From a virus, in the IMG/VR virus record IMGVR_UViG_3300037549_000096: 64,000 bases of DNA. One strand, given 5' to 3'. Made by a program: the position numbers and the translations under genes. A model generated the notes under the pieces. It saw nothing but the letters and a program-made list of their open reading frames with translations, was not told the DNA's origin and made no database searches. Shown in pieces: positions 10,922-21,262 of the stretch (position 1 is the first letter of the stretch; every line of letters starts with the position of its first letter).

Positions 10922-11315
10922 GAATGATTTCCTCCCAATTAAACAAAGGTAATTTTTTATATTCTTCCATAGATATTTGACCATCTTCACGAATATCTAA
11001 AGGAAGAATATACCTAATCTCATCGTCATAAAAGATCATACCAATTGGATAAGCGCCTGTAATTAGTAAATCTTTCATGCGTTTAACTTGCATCTTAGTG
11101 AAATTATGAGATAAGATTTTATTACCAGATTCTTGATTTACTCTCTTACTTTCAATTGGTATAAAATTACCTTCTACCATAGAATAAATATCGGGAGTTC
11201 CGCGTCGTAAAGGATCTAGTTGCTTTTGAATCCATATACGAGGACCAAACTCCCGAATTGTTCTATCTACAAAATCACTGGAGTACTGCGTTTCTCTGGT
11301 CAACTGGACACCCAT
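10878..11315 (-). CDS. PD-(D/E)xK nuclease (VRR-NUC / Holliday junction resolvase-like)
   Basis: GTPDIY ... IESK ... FTKMQ motif set; the usual neighbour of phage SNF2 genes. Confidence 0.75.
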   Translation of the reverse strand: MGVQLTRETQYSSDFVDRTIREFGPRIWIQKQLDPLRRGTPDIYSMVEGNFIPIESKRVNQESGNKILSHNFTKMQVKRMKDLLITGAYPIGMIFYDDEIRYILPLDIREDGQISMEEYKKLPLFNWEEIIHVATETHRNRYNRR

Positions 11316-11853
11316 ACTTATTTAACGTAAAAGCATGATGTAACTTGTTTACAAAATCTAATCTAACACATCGTTGAGTCACGGCTTCAAAAGCCGGTTT
11401 AAGTAAAGTAGTTAAAACCTCTTCCAAAAATACTTCATGATCTTCATTATTGCATTTTGGAATACTGATAGTTCTTAGTTTGGAATTATAAATAATTCCA
11501 CTAAACTTAATAACCTTAAATTCAGAGGTTGTTGAATCGATAAAAGAAAGTTCCAATTCATATAAGCATTTATCTTGCTTAGTAGCTTTAAGAATAAAAA
11601 TGCCACGATTCATTTTCAGAGCGTTTGCATAATCATTCCTTAATTTACGACCTATGGTATAATGTGTAGGAAGGGTTTCATTCCAAATATCAGTAAGCAC
11701 TAACTCGCCTACTAATTCATTCAGAGTAGCATCAAAGCTGGCAAGCATACGGGGTTTTGATCCGTCTGCATTAATGATGACTTGGGCCGATCCCTTAATC
11801 GTTCCACCCTCTATAACTGCCTTACCAATTTCTAAAAGATGAAGTGTTGTCAT
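11275..11853 (-). CDS. hypothetical protein
   Basis: Likely start MTTLHLL at 11853 (AGGAG RBS); the longer track start overlaps the terminase. Confidence 0.65.
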   Translation of the reverse strand: MTTLHLLEIGKAVIEGGTIKGSAQVIINADGSKPRMLASFDATLNELVGELVLTDIWNETLPTHYTIGRKLRNDYANALKMNRGIFILKATKQDKCLYELELSFIDSTTSEFKVIKFSGIIYNSKLRTISIPKCNNEDHEVFLEEVLTTLLKPAFEAVTQRCVRLDFVNKLHHAFTLNKYGCPVDQRNAVLQ

Positions 11854-11950
11854 AACTTTTCTCCTAGTAAGCCCGTTAAGGGCAGGGTGATGGATAGATA
11901 GAATATTTCCGCTTATACTTCTTATAACATAAAGTATTGGATTTTTGCAC

Positions 11951-13510
11951 ATGGATATATCTAACATTGATTTCATACAAAGAACAATGTTCTTAGAAGG
12001 TCAACCGTGGAGATTTACGGATAGACCATATATATTACCTATCATTAATGATGATCCGTGGAAACTTATCATCATGACAGGTAGACAGTCAGAAAAGTCT
12101 ACTTCTATGGCTGGAAAACACATAGCTTCTGCTTGTAGAACGCCTCATCAATCATCTTTATATATTAATCCTACTATGACTCAGACTTCTGTTTATAGTA
12201 GAAAGAAAATTGATGCAGTATTTGAACAATCACCATTATTAAAAGCTAATTTTTGGCCTGGAAGTAAGGGTTTTAGCGTTACTGAAAAAAGATTAAAAAA
12301 TAATCATACAATGTACTTTAGATCTGCTTATCATGACGCAGATACTATTCGTGGTTTAACATCTGATAGAACTTTAATTGATGAACGTCAAGATATGATC
12401 AATGATTGTATTCCGGTCATTGAAGAATGTTCTTCGCATAGACCTAATGCAGTATTTATGCAAACAGGTACTCCTAAAACTTTATCTAATGGTTTTGAAT
12501 ATGAATGGCAGTTATCAACTCAAAGCGAATGGACTATTAAGTGTTTTCATTGTGGACGTTGGAATATACTAAGTATTAAAAGTATCATTCCAGGTAAAAA
12601 TGGATTATGGTGTGAAAAATGTTCTAAAGATATATTCACACAACACGGAACATGGATATCATACGGAAAAGAAAAAGCTAAAGTACACGGTTATAGATTT
12701 CCTCAAATTATTCTCCCAAGTATTTATATTAATTGGGAGAAGTTGTTTATTAAGATGGAAAATTATTCTATAGCTACTTTAATGAATGAAGTATTTGGTC
12801 ATTCATATGATGCTGGTGTTAAACCTATTACTAGAGAAGAAATAGCTAAATGTTGTAATCAAGAAAGAGTTATGGAACTTGTATCTAATGCTAACGCATT
12901 GGGGTATGAAGTCTTTGCAGGTGTAGATTGGGGAACTGGAGAACTTGGTTATACAATTTTACAGATTGGACATTATAATCCTAACTCTAATAAAATAGTT
13001 ATCACTTTATCTAAACGTTATATAGGTAAAGAAGCTGAACCTGAATACATGTTACAAGATATAGCTAGAAAATTATTAGATAATTGTGTAATGATATGTG
13101 GTGTTGATCACGGTTTTAGTTTTGGTTTAGTTGATCGTCTTAAATCATTAGTAAGTGGAAAATGTAAGGTTGTAGCCTTTCAACATACTAATTTTAAAGG
13201 TTATGTAGGTTATAATAAAAAAGGTACTCATTATGTAACGAATAGAACTGCTGTTATGGCTGATACATTTGAAGCTATTAAACAAACATTCTTTGAATTT
13301 CCTGCTTGGAATATATACGAAACTTTTGCTAATGATTTTATGAATATTGAAGTAGAGTATAATGAACGCACTAGAACTATGAAATATGATCATATTCCTA
13401 CTAATCCAGATGATGCTTTTCATTCTTTGTTATATTTATATATAACTTATCTTATTAGAGTCAAAAAACGTGCGCCTGAGTCTTATGACCCAGATCGTGA
13501 TGAACCTTGA
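11951..13510 (+). CDS. terL: terminase large subunit (GpA-like)
   Basis: Walker A-like GRQSEKST, IRG, Walker B LIDERQD, TGTP, CxxC..CxxC, nuclease motifs GVDWG and PDDAFHS. Confidence 0.88.
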   Translation: MDISNIDFIQRTMFLEGQPWRFTDRPYILPIINDDPWKLIIMTGRQSEKSTSMAGKHIASACRTPHQSSLYINPTMTQTSVYSRKKIDAVFEQSPLLKANFWPGSKGFSVTEKRLKNNHTMYFRSAYHDADTIRGLTSDRTLIDERQDMINDCIPVIEECSSHRPNAVFMQTGTPKTLSNGFEYEWQLSTQSEWTIKCFHCGRWNILSIKSIIPGKNGLWCEKCSKDIFTQHGTWISYGKEKAKVHGYRFPQIILPSIYINWEKLFIKMENYSIATLMNEVFGHSYDAGVKPITREEIAKCCNQERVMELVSNANALGYEVFAGVDWGTGELGYTILQIGHYNPNSNKIVITLSKRYIGKEAEPEYMLQDIARKLLDNCVMICGVDHGFSFGLVDRLKSLVSGKCKVVAFQHTNFKGYVGYNKKGTHYVTNRTAVMADTFEAIKQTFFEFPAWNIYETFANDFMNIEVEYNERTRTMKYDHIPTNPDDAFHSLLYLYITYLIRVKKRAPESYDPDRDEP

Positions 13511-13624
13511 TCTTATTTTTATATTTTTATTAATAAAAAATGATTATAGATCAAAATCGTGACTCTTAGAAATTTTTGTGATATGATTTATAAAGTCAGT
13601 TCCATTTATTGAGGCAGACCACTT

Positions 13625-15178
13625 ATGAATCCTATTGAATTGGTTTTAACCGCTAAGAAAATAGCTGAAGGCCATGTAACCAGTGGCATTGACCTTAATG
13701 ATTCTATTTTAAAGGTTGCTTCAGATAATAATCTGTCTAAACCTCAGATTGAACGTCTTGTTGAAGAAACTAATAAGGCTACATTTATGGAATTGTTAGA
13801 AAAGAAGGGTGAACAAGAATTCCCTGTAGCTGATTATCAAACTATTAAAGGCAAGATGATACCTAAAATTGAAAAGAATGCTTCTGAAAATTTACAATTT
13901 GAAAACTTAAATTATTCTCAAGATGGTTTTACTGAATTATTAGGTAGTGAACGTATTTCAAAACCTACTATTGAAAAAGTAGCTTCTACTCACGGATTTA
14001 GCGAAGAAGGTTTAGCTTATTTTGAAGCTTTATATAAAGTTGCTAGTGATTATTTGACTGATTATAATAGGTTATTAGATTTAGAAGCTTTAGGTCAAAA
14101 ACGTTATGGTAATAATTATTCAGAAGCTAAAGATTTAGTTAAAATTGCTGAGATTCATAATGATAAAGAAATCTTAGAACTTAAAGAATTACAAATTAAT
14201 CTCGAAAAGAATGGTCATGTATTTGAATTTATTAGTAATAAAATGGAAAAGATAGGGGCTTTTAGTCCTTGGGGTAATACTAATCCTTTTAAAGCAAATA
14301 GTATTCCTCATGCGGTTGGTGCTGCTATTAATTTTGCTACTAAACATACCATTGGTTTACCTTTTGGTTTAGCTGGTGGTGCTGCTAAAGTAGGACTAAA
14401 AGGCGCGGCTGTAGCTGCTCCGGTTTTATTACCTTTAGCTCTTAAGGGCGTTGTAAAGAATCCTAATGCATCTTTAACTATTGCTAGTGAAGGTTCTAAA
14501 GCAATTAAAGGCGCTAAAGGTGTATTAAAAGGAAATAACTTTATCGGTCCTGGTGCTACTTTAAATGATGGTTTAATTTCTACTGCTATGGAAAAGAAGG
14601 CTTTATTAGAAGGCGCGATTCCTGCTATGACTGCTTTATTTAAAAGTCCATTAGCTAAAGTAGTCAGTGGCGCTTTAACCGTAGGTTCTGCTGCTAGTAA
14701 ATTAACTAAACCTGTTGGACAAATCGGAACTGGTTTAACTGCTTTAGCTTCTGAAGGCGTTAATAAAGAAGCTGGTATTGGTAGTGGTTTACAGGCTTTA
14801 TTAGAAAATGTTACACCTATTGTTGAGTTTGGAGCTAAAAGTATCACACCTTTTGGAATCATGGCAGGAATTACTGCCTTAGCTGCTAAGAAATTAGGAG
14901 GGGGAATTGCGCTCACCATGAATAAGCGGGAATTTGATCGTTCATTTGATACGATCATGAAAAATAATCCAGACTTTGCATCTAACAAAGATCAAGTTCG
15001 TGGTTATTTTGATGTAGTATCAAGACACGCTCCTTCTCTCGCTAAAGACCCGCTTGTAGCTGAAAGTATTGTTAAAAATATGAATGCCTTTGGTGGTGTT
15101 GATTACAATACTGTGCGGGGATTACGTCAAACTGAACAATTAGGTCAAGACTCTAACTCACGTTCTTTATTTAACTAA
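13625..15178 (+). CDS. putative internal head / virion protein
   Basis: 517 aa directly after terL; many K-x-A/G motifs and Gly/Ala-rich hydrophobic segments. Confidence 0.6.
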   Translation: MNPIELVLTAKKIAEGHVTSGIDLNDSILKVASDNNLSKPQIERLVEETNKATFMELLEKKGEQEFPVADYQTIKGKMIPKIEKNASENLQFENLNYSQDGFTELLGSERISKPTIEKVASTHGFSEEGLAYFEALYKVASDYLTDYNRLLDLEALGQKRYGNNYSEAKDLVKIAEIHNDKEILELKELQINLEKNGHVFEFISNKMEKIGAFSPWGNTNPFKANSIPHAVGAAINFATKHTIGLPFGLAGGAAKVGLKGAAVAAPVLLPLALKGVVKNPNASLTIASEGSKAIKGAKGVLKGNNFIGPGATLNDGLISTAMEKKALLEGAIPAMTALFKSPLAKVVSGALTVGSAASKLTKPVGQIGTGLTALASEGVNKEAGIGSGLQALLENVTPIVEFGAKSITPFGIMAGITALAAKKLGGGIALTMNKREFDRSFDTIMKNNPDFASNKDQVRGYFDVVSRHAPSLAKDPLVAESIVKNMNAFGGVDYNTVRGLRQTEQLGQDSNSRSLFN

Positions 15179-15196
15179 TAAAATAGGAGACATATA

Positions 15197-15730
15197 ATGT
15201 CTAAAGTTGATGATTTTCTCGCCAAGTTAGCTTCCGCTGAAAAGCCTGTTGAAAAGCCTGTTGTCTCTACTGAAACTACTGTAGAGAAAACCGCTGAAGA
15301 GAAGGAAGCTGAAGCTCTTATGTTTAAGTTAGCTAACCAGAATGAAACTATCGAAGCCTCTACTGTTCTTGGTTTAGCTGCTGGTGAACTGTTTAAACTT
15401 GCTGAAGAGAGCAAGGATGAACTTATTGGTGAATGTGCTGAAGGTCTTAGTCTTGCTAGTCAGAGTCTTATGTTTGGTTTAAATAAGATTGCCGCTGAAG
15501 ATGCTGCTGGCGCGATTACTGATATGGTTGAAACTCAGGATAGTCTTCAGAAAATTGCTACTGTATTAGCCGCTGTCGCTACTGAAGCTGAAAATGAAGA
15601 TTTCACTAAGTTAGCTTCCAGTGTTATCGAAGTTAGCAATACTCTCTTTGACGAATTAAAGGATCTGGCTGAGAAAGATGAGTCAGTAGCCGGTTATTTA
15701 GCTGAATTTCATAAAGAAGTAGCTAAGTAA
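15197..15730 (+). CDS. putative prohead core / scaffold protein
   Basis: Acidic Ala/Glu-rich helical protein with repeated KLA/KTA/KIA; AGGAG RBS. Confidence 0.55.
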   Translation: MSKVDDFLAKLASAEKPVEKPVVSTETTVEKTAEEKEAEALMFKLANQNETIEASTVLGLAAGELFKLAEESKDELIGECAEGLSLASQSLMFGLNKIAAEDAAGAITDMVETQDSLQKIATVLAAVATEAENEDFTKLASSVIEVSNTLFDELKDLAEKDESVAGYLAEFHKEVAK

Positions 15731-15751
15731 ATAGTTTTTAGAAAGTATCCC

Positions 15752-16192
15752 ATGCTTGTTAAAATCGCTGCTCGTATAGATGTTTTGAAGCGAGTATTAA
15801 AGCATCAAAAATCTTTTACGCCAGAATTTTTAAAAGTTCAGGCTAAAAAAGCTAAATCTAAGATGCTAGAAAATTACAGACTTGAACCGGGCAAATTAAG
15901 CGATTCTCAAGCATGGGATATTTTTAATAGACAAGTGTATCACAACGTTAGAAATGTTGGACGAAGAGTAACAAATCCAATTAGATATGATAAAGGGGTT
16001 GATCGAATGGGAAATGCTGCTGCTTTTCTTAAAGGTAAAGGTAAGGAAATTGCTGAAGGTGGTAAGAAAGCTGTAGATTATTTAAAGAAAAATAAAGCAG
16101 AAGCCTCTATAGTAGCTGGTTCTACTATCATTGGTGGAGTAGGTGCTAAAAAAGCTATTGATCATTTAAGAAAAAAGAAAGAATCAAAGTAA
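15752..16192 (+). CDS. basic virion-associated protein
   Basis: Lys/Arg-rich; N-terminus MLVKIA; lies in the head operon. Confidence 0.55.
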   Translation: MLVKIAARIDVLKRVLKHQKSFTPEFLKVQAKKAKSKMLENYRLEPGKLSDSQAWDIFNRQVYHNVRNVGRRVTNPIRYDKGVDRMGNAAAFLKGKGKEIAEGGKKAVDYLKKNKAEASIVAGSTIIGGVGAKKAIDHLRKKKESK

Positions 16193-16242
16193 TTGCCCCT
16201 AACCGGGCATTTACCTAAATACTTCATGAAGTGTTTAGTTAA

Positions 16243-16452
16243 ATGTCATACGGAGATAAAATGATTGTTAAATTAGCTGGTCCTAGTTCTTTAGTAGCTG
16301 GTGTTGGTAGTGTTTTAACTAAAACTGTAGCTAAAGATACTGCTAATGTAGCTGCTAAAGCTGTTCCTGCAATTAAAAAGTTTGTACCTGTACCTCCTGG
16401 TGGTGGTCAACAAGCTTGGATTGCGGCTCAAAAAGCAGCGGGTAAATTATAA
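16243..16452 (+). CDS. small virion-associated protein
   Basis: 69 aa, contains MIVKLAG; coupled to the next gene. Confidence 0.55.
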   Translation: MSYGDKMIVKLAGPSSLVAGVGSVLTKTVAKDTANVAAKAVPAIKKFVPVPPGGGQQAWIAAQKAAGKL

Positions 16453-18020
16453 TGATTAAATTAATCGAAGCTTCTTTAGAAGATGACTATTTCTTTGCCA
16501 CTAATATAGAAAAAAGTGGCTTTGATAAAGTTGCATCTGTTAGGGATTTACCTAAAGAAGTAGATGATGTAATTAAAAATTTAAAAAAGAAACCTAATCA
16601 TAGATATGTTTTATTATCTGCTATGGGCGATGGTGAAACTTGGGGCAGTAATCGTAATGGTGATTACTTTTCTAATAAAGCTTTAACTGGCGTTCAACGT
16701 AAAGATGAAAGAGGCGTTAAAGATAATAAGCCTATTGAACGTTACAAGACATTTGAAAGAGGTCATTTCTTTCATCATCATAAGAATAAGATTCAAAATG
16801 GTGATCCTCATTTTGGTTATGTTCCTCATGCTATTTGGAATCCCAAGATGAGAACTGTTTTACTTATTGTTGGAGTTGATGCTTTAAAAGATCCTGAAAC
16901 TGCGGCTGATATTGATGAAGATAAACTTACTTCGTTTTCTATGGGCGCAAGATTACCTTATGATGTTTGTTCTAAATGCGGTAATAAAAGAACGAAGATT
17001 ACTGAAAATTGCAAATGCTTACGGGATGGTTTATTAAATAAGATTGCAGCAGATGGTTCTAAAGTTGTTTTATATAATGAAGAACCTGACTTTTTTGATA
17101 TATCAAAAGTTTACAAACCAGCGTTTGAGGGTGGTCGGTCACTCATGAAAGTGGCGGCTGATCTAGGTGGTTGTATTTCTAGTTTAGATATTGCTTTAGA
17201 GTATGGCTTAGTCGATGTAGACGGTGAACCTTTTATGAAACTGGCCGATCTTCAGACTAAAATTTTAGAACGAATTCAAGAATTACCGAATCACTTAGTT
17301 GATACTGTTAGAGAAGTATGCAGAACAGAAGAAAGATTACCTGCTTCATTCTTAAATACTTTAGAACAATTTGAATTATTTGATATTTGGGGCGCTTTCG
17401 CAGATGCAGGTATTATTCCTACTGCTGATGAATTTGCTTATTTATATTTAATTAAACAAGCTCGTTATGATTTAGCCATGCAATACCTTGGTAAAGATAT
17501 TGAATTAGTAGAAGGTGTAGAACCTGAGTCTATTACTCCTTCTTTACTTTATCAAATTAGAGTAATAATGTCAGGTAAGTCTAAAGATATAGAATCTAGA
17601 ATTGATAATGAATTACGTCGTGATCGTGGATTAGCTACATTAAGTCAACGTGTATACGATACCAAAAGAGGCATTCGTAAACTTAAGTATCGTCAACAAG
17701 CGAAACTTGGTCCATCAATGTCTACTTTGTATTTTGAATTACGTAAGAATATGCAAGATGCTATTCAATCAAAACAAGAACCTGTTTCTTTATCCAAGGA
17801 AGCTGGTACTTTGTTACAAGCTGGAGCGGGTTTTGTTGCCCCTTATGTACTTTCAGCACACTTTCAACAAAAAGAACAGAACGGCGAACCTGTGGGATTT
17901 ATTGGCAAGACATTGGCTAACAATCCTGCTAAGATAGGAATAGCAACGGCTTTAACGGCTGCTTACCCGAAACATATAGGTCAGGCTCTTGTCAATACCG
18001 TAAAAACGTTTCGCAAATAA
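16452..18020 (+). CDS. putative prohead protease with C-terminal extension
   Basis: NRNGDYF, FHHHKN (His), FSMG (Ser), CSKCG, FFDISKVYKPAF: motif order fits HK97/herpes-type maturation proteases; upstream of the MCP. Confidence 0.65.
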   Translation: MIKLIEASLEDDYFFATNIEKSGFDKVASVRDLPKEVDDVIKNLKKKPNHRYVLLSAMGDGETWGSNRNGDYFSNKALTGVQRKDERGVKDNKPIERYKTFERGHFFHHHKNKIQNGDPHFGYVPHAIWNPKMRTVLLIVGVDALKDPETAADIDEDKLTSFSMGARLPYDVCSKCGNKRTKITENCKCLRDGLLNKIAADGSKVVLYNEEPDFFDISKVYKPAFEGGRSLMKVAADLGGCISSLDIALEYGLVDVDGEPFMKLADLQTKILERIQELPNHLVDTVREVCRTEERLPASFLNTLEQFELFDIWGAFADAGIIPTADEFAYLYLIKQARYDLAMQYLGKDIELVEGVEPESITPSLLYQIRVIMSGKSKDIESRIDNELRRDRGLATLSQRVYDTKRGIRKLKYRQQAKLGPSMSTLYFELRKNMQDAIQSKQEPVSLSKEAGTLLQAGAGFVAPYVLSAHFQQKEQNGEPVGFIGKTLANNPAKIGIATALTAAYPKHIGQALVNTVKTFRK

Positions 18021-18032
18021 AAAGGATAATTT

Positions 18033-18548
18033 ATGACTATGACTTTTAAAGAGTTTCTTCTTCAGGCTGACGAACAAGAGTTAGTTAAATTAGCTAATTC
18101 TCTTAAATTAGGTTTTGAAAGCCATGTAACTAACGCAGTTGTGCCTTTATTTACTAAATTTGCTGAAGAAGCTACTGAACAAGTAGCTAAAGAAGTAACT
18201 GAGCAAGTGACTCAAAATATGGGCGCTTATTTAGAAGGTCAACAGGCTAATGAAATTGGTAAATTAAATGCACAGGGACAAGTAAATGATATGGTTCTAC
18301 CTGAAACTGGCAGAACTATTAGTAAAAATGAATTACAGGAAGCTTTAGAAGAAGCTATTTTAGCAAATAACCCTAAAGCTTTAGCTCAGGTTATCAGTGG
18401 CGTATTACAAGCTGCCGGTGAAGATTCTGCCATGAATGCTATCTCTGTAGCTAGAACGATCTTGCAAGATGCGTTAGTTTCTGGTAAGCTTGATAAAGAT
18501 CAGATTGCTACTTTGTCTCAGGCGTTCTCTGTATTCGAGAGTGAATAA
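18033..18548 (+). CDS. putative head core protein
   Basis: Acidic and helical, with KLA/KFA motifs; head operon. Confidence 0.5.
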   Translation: MTMTFKEFLLQADEQELVKLANSLKLGFESHVTNAVVPLFTKFAEEATEQVAKEVTEQVTQNMGAYLEGQQANEIGKLNAQGQVNDMVLPETGRTISKNELQEALEEAILANNPKALAQVISGVLQAAGEDSAMNAISVARTILQDALVSGKLDKDQIATLSQAFSVFESE

Positions 18549-18549
18549 T

Positions 18550-18960
18550 ATGAGCGATCTTCTTAAACAACTATTAGCCGAAGCAAAAGAAGCTGAAGTA
18601 GTGAAAACTGCTGAAGCTCCTAATGAAGCTCCTAGCGCAGAACAGCAAAATGCTGACGTTTTAGAAACTTCGCAAGCAATGATTTCTAAAATTGATAACT
18701 TCATTCAGCAAGCTACTGGTTCTGGTGGTGGTGATAATGCTAATGTTGATGGACAACAACAAGCAGTAGGTGGTCAAGTTGATGGTGGTGCTGCTTCAAC
18801 AACTGGTGATCCTAATGATCCTACTCAAGCTGGTAATGCAACTGTTAAATTAGAAGTTCCTGCTGGTATGACTGTAAAATTAGGTTCTTGTGACCCCGTT
18901 AATAGTGATACAGCTATTCGTACTATTATTAGTCTTATGCCTTCTTATTTCGGGGAATAA
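18550..18960 (+). CDS. putative head core / scaffold protein
   Basis: Start MSDLLKQ just after the previous stop; KTAE motif and G/Q-rich linker. Confidence 0.5.
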   Translation: MSDLLKQLLAEAKEAEVVKTAEAPNEAPSAEQQNADVLETSQAMISKIDNFIQQATGSGGGDNANVDGQQQAVGGQVDGGAASTTGDPNDPTQAGNATVKLEVPAGMTVKLGSCDPVNSDTAIRTIISLMPSYFGE

Positions 18961-18961
18961 A

Positions 18962-19324
18962 ATGGACCCTACGTTACAAGCTGCTCTCCAAATGTTACAG
19001 GAAGCACAACAAGTAATGGCTATGCAGGCTGAAGAGATTCAGACTTTACGCCAGGGAAGCAAGAAGCTTCAAGAACAACAGCCTATGCAGAAGAAAGCTT
19101 CTGTTAGTTCTGATAAATTAGCTATGTTAGTAGGTATGAGAGCGGAAGATTTACCTGAATTTATCAAGACCGCTGAAGAAGATGAAGTTAGAAGCTTTAT
19201 GTCTAATGTTGAATTAAGAGCTAGACATAATTCTATCGGTAAGATTGCCGAAATTTACGATGGTAGTCAAGCTGAAACACCTGCCGAGCAATTAGAAGCG
19301 ACTTTGAGCGGTTTAATTGGATAA
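18962..19324 (+). CDS. putative scaffold protein
   Basis: Start MDPTLQ; coiled coil with KKA/KLA/KTA/KIA motifs; precedes the capsid genes. Confidence 0.5.
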   Translation: MDPTLQAALQMLQEAQQVMAMQAEEIQTLRQGSKKLQEQQPMQKKASVSSDKLAMLVGMRAEDLPEFIKTAEEDEVRSFMSNVELRARHNSIGKIAEIYDGSQAETPAEQLEATLSGLIG

Positions 19325-19352
19325 CAACCAACTTTTTTAAAGGAGAAGCGCA

Positions 19353-19760
19353 ATGCTTCAAATTAACTACGGCCTTAATCAGCCTTTCTGCTCTGCTCAC
19401 ACTCCTACTCGACAAGTTAGCGGTACTACGGTATTCGTTAACGGTCAGTTTGTGAAGCTCGTTAATGGTTTAGCGGTATTAGCCACTACTCCTGCTGACG
19501 GTCTTGGTTCTGAGCAGGCTTTTGAACCTAATAACAAGAATACCGCTGGTGTTCTTACCACTATCCGTGGTATCTACGAAGGTACTACTGATCAGTATGT
19601 TACTGCTTCAACTTATACTGATCGTTGCGCTTTAGTTATTCGCAATGGTCTGTTAGATGTTGCTGTCGGTGCTACTGAGATTGCCGAAGCTGTTGCTATG
19701 GCGGTTGGTGTTCCTGCAAATGGAACTCTCCGTTATAAGCGTTTAGCTGCTTCCGTATAA
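19353..19760 (+). CDS. putative capsid decoration / cement protein
   Basis: 135 aa, beta-rich, immediately upstream of the MCP; AAGGAG RBS. Confidence 0.6.
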   Translation: MLQINYGLNQPFCSAHTPTRQVSGTTVFVNGQFVKLVNGLAVLATTPADGLGSEQAFEPNNKNTAGVLTTIRGIYEGTTDQYVTASTYTDRCALVIRNGLLDVAVGATEIAEAVAMAVGVPANGTLRYKRLAASV

Positions 19761-19785
19761 TAGCGTAACCAAAAGGAGAAGTGCT

Positions 19786-20697
19786 ATGAAAATGAATGTA
19801 TCTCAACTTTGGGACGCTACCGAAACGATAGAAAAAACAGCGGAAACTTCTAACGCTGTCGGATTCTTCACTCGTAGTCGTCTTCGTCAAGAATGCGTTC
19901 TTGACCGTGTTCTTCCTCCCCAGTTCATTACTCAGAATGATCTGGAACGCAATACAAATGATGACTATCCGTTAATTCGCGTTGAGAAAGAACTCGAAAC
20001 TACGGCTTTCGCTCTTGGTTTCCGTGGTAGTGCTGAAACTGACTGGTTCGATGGTTCTAAGTATGAAATTTACTTCGGACAGGTTAGAACTCAGGAACAC
20101 AATAAGACTCAAGAAGAATTGATGACCATGAGAGCGCCTGTGGTTGATTATTTCAACCGTAATGGTGTTTTCGATATCGGTGCTAAGGCTGATATCACCT
20201 TTAAGGCTGGTTTAGATGCTGCTGCTGCAGCTGCCTCTAACGTAATTACTTCTACTTCTACCGCCTTTACTAAGGCAGATGCAGTTAATATGCTTAAGAC
20301 TATGGAAATTAAGCGTATGCCTGCTGGTTGCTGGATCGTAACTGAATCTCGTTGGAATGACATTCTCTTAATGTCTCCCAATGATTTAGGTTATACTCTG
20401 GTTGGTGAATTAGCTATCAATGGTGCGAAGAAGATTCCTACCTTCCTCGATATTCCTGTTGTACGCACAATTGAAGCTTATCAGGCTGGTGTTGTTACTT
20501 CAGTTTGGGATAATAAGAGCGTTTATCTTTGCTCTACTCCTGACTTCCTTGGTAAGAACTTTATTCTCCAGGATGTTCAGTATCACATGGAACGTAAGTA
20601 TAATTTACTGACTTGGGCCGCTTGGATGACTCGTGGTGCTGGTATCGGTAATATTAACGCTTCTGTTCGCGCTGATTTCCCTAACGCTGGCATCTAA
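19786..20697 (+). CDS. major capsid protein (probable HK97 fold)
   Basis: 303 aa; strong RBS, biased codon use, position after protease/scaffold/cement genes; MCP-like segments (PTFLDIPVVRT, WMTRGAGIGN). Confidence 0.75.
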   Translation: MKMNVSQLWDATETIEKTAETSNAVGFFTRSRLRQECVLDRVLPPQFITQNDLERNTNDDYPLIRVEKELETTAFALGFRGSAETDWFDGSKYEIYFGQVRTQEHNKTQEELMTMRAPVVDYFNRNGVFDIGAKADITFKAGLDAAAAAASNVITSTSTAFTKADAVNMLKTMEIKRMPAGCWIVTESRWNDILLMSPNDLGYTLVGELAINGAKKIPTFLDIPVVRTIEAYQAGVVTSVWDNKSVYLCSTPDFLGKNFILQDVQYHMERKYNLLTWAAWMTRGAGIGNINASVRADFPNAGI

Positions 20698-20715
20698 CTC
20701 TTAATGGAGTAAGAT

Positions 20716-21195
20716 ATGACACAGTACATCAAAGCTGTTCACGGTAATGTAGCTGCTGGTGGTAAATACTTTCTTGAAGGTATGTCTACTTCTGTAGAAG
20801 ATGAATTAGCTACTAGTGTTGAAGTTAAACTGATGGTTGATAAGGGATATTTAAAAGTATTTCCTACTCTTGTCGCTGCTCAGAATCATACTTTCAAATC
20901 TATGAGCGAAAAATTTAAGGCTGGAGAAGATATTAAAGTTCCTTCAGTTAATACCGCTGCTAAAACTGCTGAAGAAGATAAAAAGAAACAGGAAGAACTA
21001 GCTAAAGCCACTAAGTTAGCAGAAGAAGAAAAAGCCATTGCAGATGCTAAAGTTAAATCTGAAGCTGCTAAAGCTGAATTAGCTGCTGCCGAAGCTGCTA
21101 AAGCTGCTGAATTAGCTAATCCTCAAGCTCCTGCTCCTGTAGTAGCTCCCGTAGATACTACTCTTGCTCCTACTACGGCTACTACCACTAAGTAA
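20716..21195 (+). CDS. virion-associated protein with Ala/Lys/Glu-rich and Pro/Thr-rich tail
   Basis: 159 aa following the MCP. Confidence 0.6.
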   Translation: MTQYIKAVHGNVAAGGKYFLEGMSTSVEDELATSVEVKLMVDKGYLKVFPTLVAAQNHTFKSMSEKFKAGEDIKVPSVNTAAKTAEEDKKKQEELAKATKLAEEEKAIADAKVKSEAAKAELAAAEAAKAAELANPQAPAPVVAPVDTTLAPTTATTTK

Positions 21196-21216
21196 ACATT
21201 ATTGGTTTAACAAGGT

Positions 21217-21252
21217 AAAGGCCCGATGTTTATTCGTCGGGCCTTTATTTTA
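21217..21252 (+). terminator. Rho-independent terminator
   Basis: AAAGGCCCGATG-tttatt-CGTCGGGCCTTT followed by ATTTT, downstream of the capsid genes. Confidence 0.8.
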
Positions 21253-21262
21253 AGGAGTTAGC

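Noticed and set aside
14308-14988. 226-aa minus-strand ORF and similar antisense ORFs (15175, 18474, 20148, 49739, 62606)
   Set aside because: Shadow frames opposite well-supported genes with biased codon use.
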